The notes below the pieces were generated by a model, which made no database searches, was not told where the DNA came from, and saw nothing but the letters and a program-made list of their open reading frames with translations. Positions 49,701 to 58,400 of a stretch of 64,000 bases of DNA are shown piece after piece. The stretch is from Nemertoderma westbladi (lineage: Eukaryota > Animalia > Xenacoelomorpha): positions 854 to 64,853 of the forward strand of contig JAUCBJ010001428.1 in assembly GCA_032718475.1 (NCBI GenBank). Direction: 5' to 3'. Numbering within the stretch: position 1 is the stretch's first letter; every line of letters starts with the position of its first letter. A program made the translations under genes and the position numbers.

Positions 49701-50955
49701 GATTTTGGATTTCTCGATCAAACTGTGGTAAGGCTAACTCTTTCACTGCTTGGACTTGTTGCTGTAATTTACGTTTCTCTAAGCAATCCTGTGTTCCCTT
49801 CCCGATTTTCTGTCGAATAGCGTCTAAAGCATTTCTTATAACGCTCTCCTCGACTTCCGTGGCAGGTTGTATAGGGGTTAATCCTGGCCGATTGTAAGGA
49901 TTAAATGGCGATGTTAGATGCCCGCGTCCCAATCCGGCTAAATAGGATGGTCGAATATCTAACGAACCCACTGCTGGAGCACCACCAATTAACTGCTCGG
50001 GTAACACCAAATCTTTGAACAAAGAATATAGTTCGGGAGGATCAGTGATACTGTTAGGATCAAGAGTTTGAGGTCTCACCGGGGAATGAGGAGGCCTGAC
50101 CGAGTATTCCGGAACTCTGATCATGGGTTTATTTAGTGACCGTTTGAGGCGAGCGATCGTGGGTGATACATCGAACAGGTTTCGCTCGAAACTCCCGTAC
50201 GTATAACGCGTAAAACTGTGTTTAGCGCAACGTCTCCGCGGATGTTTATGTCTTTCCGTTTGTTGGTTGGGTCTAGGGCATTCGTCACAATAATACCAAA
50301 GACGTACGTCCTGTAGGGGAAACGCGGGTGATCGTTCTCCAGTTTTACAATATTCCTCCATTTGTTCGAAGCTATCGGGAACAACGGGTAGTGGACGATC
50401 GGCGGTGAGATACATCATAGTGAAATAGAGTCTTTTGAGCTCTACTATAGGGTCATGATGTATACCTTGAGGATATCGAGTCTCTAGGTTCTGTTGACTG
50501 GCAATATTGAGATAGGTTTCTCTCAAAAATTCTAGGTAATCGTTGAAGTCGATACGTTTATCTGGTTCCTCAACGTTTTCTCTTTCAAGTCGGTTACGAA
50601 TAGAGTTCTCGTGGTCTATTCTCGGTTTATCGTTACGACTCCGCTGGGTATGATACTTAAATAAAACCATTTCCCTTTCGGTGTCTACATCGTCAGTATC
50701 ATGTAAGTCGGTAGGGTGGCCGGTAGTTAGGAAGTCCATATACGTACCATTACGATGTGTATAGCGCGCCGTGAATTTTCTATAGTCCAATTCACGCGTG
50801 AGTTGCTCTTGAGACATCGGCGGTTCGATATAACGACCATCGTCTTCCGTAGTAGTGGGATCGGGTTCACCACTTATCAAGCTATCCACAAACGCTTGTA
50901 AAGGTAGAGTATATCGCTCCCTGATACCAAGATCATCTTCTATCAGCTCCGTCAT
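46702..50955 (-). CDS. Accessory ORF2 (1417 aa): DEDDy-type 3'-5' exonuclease-like domain plus three CCHC zinc knuckles and basic C-terminus
   Basis: VVTYDNEG (ExoI), LPQPVLEMLFNERILKLGSAVYGDL (ExoII), FVDTQ, SIGHLA, PLRPSLAIYTIFE (ExoIII-like); CRLC..H..C, CAYC..H..C, CHHCQLKGHASFDC; KKLRKRRPRKK; no signal peptide or TM segment. Confidence 0.85.
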   Translation of the reverse strand: MTELIEDDLGIRERYTLPLQAFVDSLISGEPDPTTTEDDGRYIEPPMSQEQLTRELDYRKFTARYTHRNGTYMDFLTTGHPTDLHDTDDVDTEREMVLFKYHTQRSRNDKPRIDHENSIRNRLERENVEEPDKRIDFNDYLEFLRETYLNIASQQNLETRYPQGIHHDPIVELKRLYFTMMYLTADRPLPVVPDSFEQMEEYCKTGERSPAFPLQDVRLWYYCDECPRPNQQTERHKHPRRRCAKHSFTRYTYGSFERNLFDVSPTIARLKRSLNKPMIRVPEYSVRPPHSPVRPQTLDPNSITDPPELYSLFKDLVLPEQLIGGAPAVGSLDIRPSYLAGLGRGHLTSPFNPYNRPGLTPIQPATEVEESVIRNALDAIRQKIGKGTQDCLEKRKLQQQVQAVKELALPQFDREIQNLEEDIELGRTYSLQEFLDERLQQQVEENQLEKKHTEMDEREEAALAQPEAQILMTDLYSKTIRHPSMIPHFGDKLFATAQPQPVDISIRSRDLIADAPMLQRPPIEAARVDGILVEPPDDRADLVRRMVHDVNIRARPLTNSFYGIKDHPYYVNLTQYYLIKPEDPTHNLKFLPLINPLDIVELEQLQKHLDQLVKVNSFRKPYNISRIENDATPPYNLDGFIKTRLVHWNLDVLFEEERIQRQGNIETCNTQSLRYRDLPDANQCATLWHPVGMTLENATKEWNETLNIIEMYGVVTYDNEGSVPVGELGTTRMIHIRGLAGSTHVFTRACSDVIDYSFETLTETQKNLRHGQFALAQRYVIDTERKPAMGIDGSMLPQPVLEMLFNERILKLGSAVYGDLQNDFRNMEDIPYPFVDTQLIAPWAEGRGFFRTMYANTSSDITKVQRTSIGHLAFQEYGWNFKVGNPINYQQIYGDHYSRLYFDGPLTAPGAVYSFMSVPLRPSLAIYTIFENTALSGWLADVCSRTIRAHPLVLGTKLAKLDEHNKFIRFECFRRFLTPFRNMDSQFKDRALTKLSLRHSAAEKLDSAGFAIFKDICISNLHSSVIQRPRITTGYSVVEMQTVGPPEETVTPTSAMQWEDEPICLESEEIQPTTPRNSDNDYILEWYQGPQCLTAYDYRHANYVDRQRCRLCASRDHITPMDTNAPCSYFREQPSMEIYCAYCRLNSSHIFAVCPQFMTQCHHCQLKGHASFDCPFNKDLESVDELITLRYIRAWEANADLHCNSRHRYYPGRAYEGVYAFHPYLFASVEQKARIPSYELLKRVGECISTKFVRKFLRQVNPSDIHSYHLINFIRHDPDYGEIFVNSHPELQEVYRRPYEYRARERELERTIKPRQFLTAYGPPTALVQTTRKGPVRAAVLKRALKAVRPQSPEVDVNLPGTSTGGYTDHNPAPSDAIILHPSPRSYSPPCKVARPKEKKTLASFKKLRKRRPRKKD

Positions 50956-51178
50956 ATCTGCTATTGGAGTTTATTAATGTTACAACGAGTTTATATTGTA
51001 TATTTTAGGCGAGCGGGCGTCGCTGCCTAACACTCTCGGCCCCCCGGACAGTGGGATCCTCAGCGCCGATGTACCGTTGTCGCAGTGTTTACGCCAACGT
51101 TGTAGCAACAGCACGACAACGATAACCGGCACAAGTCACTCCACTGTCCGTCCCAAAGGCTTGGATCCACTTGAGGTT

Positions 51179-51186
51179 CTTATATA
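51179..51186 (-). promoter_or_regulatory. Candidate TATA box of an internal promoter for ORF2
   Basis: Minus strand TATATAAG ~225 nt upstream of the ORF2 ATG, inside the 1.46-kb spacer after pol. Confidence 0.35.
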
Positions 51187-52420
51187 GGAGAGTTAGGTTT
51201 ACTTTACGATTGCGACTAGCTACTGTAAACACACTTTAGTAGCAACATTCACCTACAAACGCACAAATTCCACACAAATGTCACCAATTATAAGCATACA
51301 GGCCATTTGTCCGTTAGTCAGTGCCTTCCAGAATGTCACGTTGTTATTGCGTATCCTTGGATACTAAACAGTGCTACGTAATCTCTATACTAGGCAATGG
51401 GGCAAGCTTTCTATTGTTCCTTTAACTCGTTTCTAATTCTAGCGTGGGTGTTGCCATGGTGACATTATGGAAAGCTAGCGGTAGAATTAGGGTAATTCTC
51501 ATGCATACAGATCTGGGATGCTATTTAATAGTAATTCTTTAATTGTCAATATCCTCTCTATGCATGATTTTATTAATTTTATCGGCTATTGACTATATGT
51601 TGGAGATTTTCACACTCTAACACACTCAAGGGGATGAATCTCCGCTCCCATGATCTATTAATTAATGGAATTTTGGGAATGTTGTAAATTGCATAAAATG
51701 ACAATTTATTAAATTCATTTAAAGATATGAATTCAAATTTATTCCCGTGAATTTTATTATTTGATGGTAAAATTGACATAATTTTATTCCAGAGCTTATC
51801 TGGGGACGTTAACCACTGATTCTAGAATTTGTCTTTCAAGTATATCGGTGGGTGCCGCGATATCTTAATCGACTAGAATTACAGATGGTCAAAGGTGTAA
51901 CAGATTTATTTGCGATTTACGCTACTGTTAGAGGGACATCACGCTACTATATGTATTATTTAATATAAGGTAGAAGAGCAATATCGCACGAAGCAATGTC
52001 AGTGTGAAGAGGCAAGTCGTTTCCAAGGTCTACCCAGAGCTTGGTTTAGCCGAGACACGAGGATCTGAACTTTGCATTCCTAATACTCTGCCTACCAATA
52101 ATACTTAAATATAGTAGTGGCTTTATTGTACTTTAATAAGTACGGACATTTCATCTTACTGTAGTCACGTATTTATAATATGATACGGACAGTAAGGAAA
52201 GAGAAAAAATTATTTCTCGCCGTCGCACTAAATATATATTATAAGTAATTACGTACGTAATAAACACTAATATATTGCACTAATCTACTAAATAATACTA
52301 AAATAACATTCTACTAAATAAAATTAAATAAAACGATTATAATAAAGTACATAATAATATTTACATATAAAATGTAATAAAATAGATAAATAATATAGAC
52401 ATACACCCACTCCAGACGTA

Positions 52421-55400
52421 CTACGTTGAGGAGCCCCTAGATGTTTGAGGGATTAGGGAGGTGGTCGTGGGAAGAGTTTCTTGCTTTCCATAGTTTCCGG
52501 AGAGTTCCCGGTCTCTTTCCAGCAAACATAAACGACCAACTGGGCGATTGAGTTGTTGCGTCTCAAAGATTATGCCGGGTTTCTTGAAGTTACGTCGCAT
52601 GACGACGAGTTCTACTGAGCGCACTAAACCATCCTCCGAGATGTGCGTCTCAATGATACGACCTGTCTGCCACCGTCTGCGTGGAAGGTCCGGATCTACA
52701 ATAAGCACCATGTCTCCGGCGCTGACATTTTCCTGCTGCGCAAACCACTTAGTTCGAAGTTGTAGCGTGGGCAGATAATGTTTCTCAAAATGGTCAGCGA
52801 AACGACGGGATAGCAACTGCATAAGCTGCCAAGTTCGACGGCAGTATTCATCTCCGTCGGCAATCTCGGATTGTGGGAGCATGGCTACAGGTTTCTTAAG
52901 TAGGAAGTGAGCGGGGGTTAGCGCTTCCAGGGAATCGGGACTCGATGAGACTGGCATAAGCGGTCTCTCGTTAAGATAGGCAGCGATTTCCTCCATTAAC
53001 GTCCGCAGAAGTTCGTCAGTGAGATATGCGCGGCACGGCACTATAAAGTGAAATGCGGTTTTGACACTTCGAATTAATCTCTCCCAACTTCCTCCCCACC
53101 AAGGGGCGTCGGCGGCGTTAAAAGTCCAGCTAGACGCTGTTATCCGTAGCTGGTCGTCCACCTGTCTTTGATTCCAGTCCTTTACGTAAGCCTGAATTTC
53201 GTTGTTGGCACCAATGAAGTTCGTTCCCTTGTCCGATCGCATGGTATGACTAGTTCCGAAGCGAGCGATCTGTCGTCGTAAACTTAAGACGAAGCTGTTA
53301 GTAGATAGATCGTTCACCATATCAAGATGGATGGCTCTACAAGTCATACATACGAAGATGACACACCATCTCTTGACTATAGTCCTAGCGCGATATACTT
53401 CAATAGGGCCAAATAAATCTACACCAGTATTAGTGAAGGGTGGTTCATAAAAGCTTACTCGTTCCCTAGGTAATTCTGCCTCTCGCTGTGTTAAAGGCCT
53501 ACTGAATGCTTTCCTACAGGGTATGCAGTTCCTAAGAACTTGGTTCAGAGCTCTACGTGGTTTATAGAAATAATAGCGAGTTCGAATTTCGCTAAGAACT
53601 CGTTCTCTACCAGCATGATAAAGTTTACTGTGAACATCTACAATCATCTTGATTTGTACTTCAAGATTCCTAATGAGTATGGGGAATTTAGTGTCAAAAG
53701 ATAATGGCGCATTAGTTAGCCTTCCTCCAACACGTATTAACCCATCTATCATTGTGCTAGAGAAGCGATCCCTTAAGCGCATCTGTGGATTTCTTAACAA
53801 CAGGAAATACTTGTCGGAATCCTCGTAGCATTGCAGGAGTCGCAGTATCTGTTTATTGGCTTCTTCATGCTCCTGGTAACTGATCTTTTCTTTTAGAAAC
53901 CGATCGGGTATTTTATATTTAGGTAAATCTTTAATAGCATGAACTTGGACCGATGTTAATGGAGCAGTATCATTAGTGGTCGTCTTCGTCTTGGAATAAC
54001 GATGATGAAAACATCGCTTTAAATATGCGACGGCCTTACAGAGCCGATTCCAGGAACTGTAATGATGTATTGCTCGCTGCAGCAGGGGTGAGATTCCTTG
54101 CGAGACGTCTGGTATTCCAGATTTCCAATCTCTATCCTTAATTTCCACAACAGACTTGTTTGTGACGAGGGATTGTGGATCCGCAGCATCATTTCCGGAA
54201 GCATGTAATACAGATAGATCGATTGTCGGTTTAAATAACTTCGATTTGCTCGCTCGGGTTTTAGGTTTGACCTTTTCCGCTCCCTTGGCTTGTCTGATCT
54301 CTGCCGTAGTAAGGTGAGGAGGCCATTCATCTTCTTCCTTGCTCAGGAAGTCGGGTCCACTCAACCAGTCTGGAGTATCTATCAGTTCCTGTGGAGTGGC
54401 TCCTCTGGAGGCGATGTCAGCTGGATTAATCGTACCAGGGCAGTGTCTCCATTGATCTATTGTTGTTCGACTAAGGATAATGGCCACTCTGTTGGTAACA
54501 AAGACGCTGAACTGACAGACTTCATTGGTTATATACTCCAATACGAGCAAAGCGTCGGTCCAATAAACCGTTTTCTCCAGTGGATAATCGATCTGTTCCG
54601 TGACATTCCGTCCGATGGCTGTAGCGTAGAGAGCCGCTTTTAACTCCACTCGAGGAACCTTCAACTTGTTGTTAATCAATGCCTTAGAGGTGACCAAGGC
54701 GACTTTGATTCCATCCGGGGTTTCGACTCGAAGGTATGCTACTATTCCTATTCCCATATCGCTAGCGTCTCCAAACACATGGAGTTGATAGGAATATGTA
54801 GGGAGAACATGACCAAAATATGAACGGGGAATTATAAAATTCTCGATGGCAGGTAGGGAATCTTCCCATTTCATCCATTTCTTTAACAGTTCTCCCGTAA
54901 GTGGATCGTCCCATGAGTGGTTTTCAAGCCACATTTGTTGTACTAAACTCCGAGCAATCAATATGACTGGGCTAATAAATCCCAATGGATCGAAATAAGT
55001 GCTCAGGATACTTAGACAAATCCGTTTGGTCCGAACTGGATTCTCTCGCTGTTTTAGCTGAAAAAACAGGATATCTCTCTCCGTGTCCCACTTCAAGCCA
55101 AGCGTCTTGGTTTCTGGAAGATCATCTTTTATTAGGTCGAGGTCTTTTGTTCCTCGGTCTTCTACTGGTATCGCTTCCAGAAACTCACGGGAGTTACTGG
55201 TGAATTTCGTCAGTCGAAATCCACCTCTTTTCAAACACTCTACCGTTCCTTTCGCGACATCAATGGCTTCTTTTACCGATGGAAGGGACTTTAAATTGTC
55301 GTCCATGTATATGTCCTTTTTGATGTTGTCAATTACCTCTTTTGAGAAGGCGTCTCGGTTGTCATCCGCAGTGGTCCGTACCACGGAGCAAGCGTTTGAA

Positions 55401-58400
55401 GGACTGGATATGATCCCAAAAGCCTGGATGGTCATCCAGTACTCCACTGGTTTCTGTTTGAGGTCGCCTTCAGGCCACCATAGAAACCTTAGACTGTCTC
55501 TATCTCTATCTAACGCCTTGACCTGTAAGAACATGCCTTCTATATCGGAAGCAAACGCGATGGAATATTGTCTTAATCTGAGAAGTATTCCCAACAAGGA
55601 TTGTAGCAAGTTGGGTCCTGGTAACAACTCGGAATTGAGAGATTGACCCATATATAGAGCGGAGCCATCGAATACAACTCGTACTTCATGTGGTTTACCG
55701 GGTTTGGGAACGTAATGATGCGTTAGATAGTACGTTCTCTCTGTTATGGGTGTTTCTTCCGGTACTCGTTCCGCATAACCTTTGCTGATAAATTTCTTCA
55801 ACTGCGTTTGGTACATTTCTTTAGCTGAAGCATTTGCTGTAAGGCGTCGATGTAATTGAGCGATTCTTTTCTCTGCCAATGGTCGGTTGTTTATAAATCT
55901 AGGTTCTCGTTTTCGAAAGGGTAGACCGATTTCATATCTCCCTTGTTCTTTTAGAAAACGTGTAGTTGTCTCCTGGATTTGCTTGGCTCTTTCCTCTTCT
56001 ATTGATAGAGCCTTATCGTACGAATTGGGTTCTACCAACTCTTGTGTAAAGAATCGTACGGCGAGTTCGTCCCGGGTTCTAGCGTTGTAACGCTCTATTT
56101 CGTCATTGAGTTCATCATTGTAGTCAATGGGTCCCGACGGGCGAATCAGTTGACACAAAGTTCGCTGATCATTCCACAATTTATTTTCGGTTAGTAGGTC
56201 GATTGTGTTCTCTTCCTCGAAGAGTTGATATATGTCGTCATTATCTGAGGAGTATGGTGTTCCCTCAGTGGGTTCGTCCACTTCACTGCTCTCCTCTTCC
56301 CAATCCTTTACTTGAAGTAGCCGGTCTTGTGGCAATCTTTCTTCAAGAGTTCTGCGGGAAGGGCCAGTAAAGTACCAACCTACTCTAGTTCTTACCGCAT
56401 AAGTTTGTAATGGCTGCGGTTGAGCAGGCCGTTTCTCCAATGTCTCGAGCGCCTCATGCGCGTTTTGGCCGATGAGGATTTGCACTCCAGGATAATCTGT
56501 CTGGAATCGAGGTATCTTAAGATGTTGGATGCTCTCATCCTCGTCCCAATTATAAAGGTCTGCTTGGGTAGTAGCGAAGTTCTTTATAGCCACCATTTTT
56601 ACTGACCTTATACTTTGTTCTCCTAATTTATCCTGTGGGGTGGACAACGCACCTACATAGTAATCTGCCGTTATGGTAGATTTCCAAACCTGCATAATTC
56701 CGGACATATTCAACTTAGTTCGGAATTTGGGTTGTCCAGCAAAGATATCCTCGGCTAATTCTTTGTCGATGAATGTTCCGGTGCTTCCGGAGTCAAGGAG
56801 GGCGTTCACTATGTAACTTTTGTTAGGACCGTGAACTCTTACCTGTACTACCGGAAATTCTCGTATTCCTACGTTGGAGGTTGGAGCTTTCCAAGATGGT
56901 TGTCTGTCAAAGGTGGTTAGGGGGAACTCCGTGTCGGTGTCCTTTTCATATGTAAGTGCTCTATACACTGTGGTATTTATTAGATAACAGGATTCGTTGG
57001 CATCGGAGAATTCGTCCGTATAGAATCCTTCCCACTCAGAACCTTGGTCAGTGTCGTTCACATCACTGAATTGGACATGTAGTTCTGGCTCACTCACCTG
57101 ACTCGGGTGGTTTCGTTCGAATTCACTGTGTAACAAGACGTGATGTTTCGCACCGCACTTTGCACACTTTATGTCAGAGTAACAGTTTCGCCGTTGGTGT
57201 CCTGGTCTGAGGCAATTATAACACAACCGCTTATCCCACACTACTTCTCGTCTGGCTACTAGGAATTTCTTAAAGAATTCAGTACACGCACTCAAACGGT
57301 GGGGCCCGTCGCACAGCACACAGTTTGGCTTGATGTTGCTCACTTTACCTTGGGTAATGTTATGTACTTTCGCTCGTTCTTCGGGCTTTCTTACCTGAAT
57401 TCGGTTGGGAGACTGAGGAGGGGTCTTGGTAGCCTTGTCTCTCCTATCATTTGTTCGCGGCTTGTATTTACTTACATCTCTAGGGGTCTTGTTAACATAG
57501 TAAGAGTGGTCAGTGTCTTTCCCGCTGTCCTCTTCTTGAGACGCTTGGCTTTCGCCGTCGTCAGTATAACATACTGGGTTTACCCTTCTCCTAGTAACTG
57601 GTTTCTCACTTACCTTATTTTCCGATGTTTTTTCTCTGGACTGTTTTATGAGTTGTAGTTTGACCTCACCGTCTAGGAATAACATGAGATCAGCCATGGT
57701 AGGGCTCCGTCGTTGTTGCTCCATCATATACAACACTTTCTTGTCCCAGCGAGTACATACTCCACCCTTTGGTAAAGTTGAGACTATGGCTCCAATAACC
57801 ATAGAACTCTGATATTCATGAGACTTACCTAACCAATCCAATTGTCGGCAGATCTCTTGAATCTCATCGGAAAATTCTATAATCTCGTTACTAAGGAACT
57901 TTCGGGGAGCTACTAATTTTGCATACAAATACTTAGCTATGTTATCCTTATTACCATACCTGGTGTTTAATGTATCCCAAACTTGTCTTAATCCATTTGG
58001 ATGTCCAATAAACTTCAACGCCATTAACTTGGGAGGTCCTTCCAAACATTTGATGAGGAATCTCAGTTTCTCTCCGCTAGATAGTACAGAGTTCTGTATG
58101 CTATCTTCATAATATTCATTAAACGGTAACCATTTCATTTCATCTCCATTGAATTTGACGATTTCTCCCACTTTGACCGCTTGGCGGGCTTCTGTTCTAG
58201 CCATCTGACGCATAAAGCTTTCTTGGGCCATCGTGTTATTTAATATCGAATTATCGGTATATAAATTTCTCGGATTATTATCAGGTCTATAGGGAATATC
58301 ATTACAAACAGGTTTATAATCACCCTTAATAGGGTTTGCTATAGGAGTTTCTACTTCGCTAGCAGTATAGATGCGTGTAGGCTCCACACCTTGCGCATGA

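Noticed and set aside
46702-50955. env gene interpretation of ORF2
   Set aside because: No signal peptide, transmembrane anchor or glycoprotein-like Cys pattern; motifs point to a nuclease/zinc-knuckle protein.
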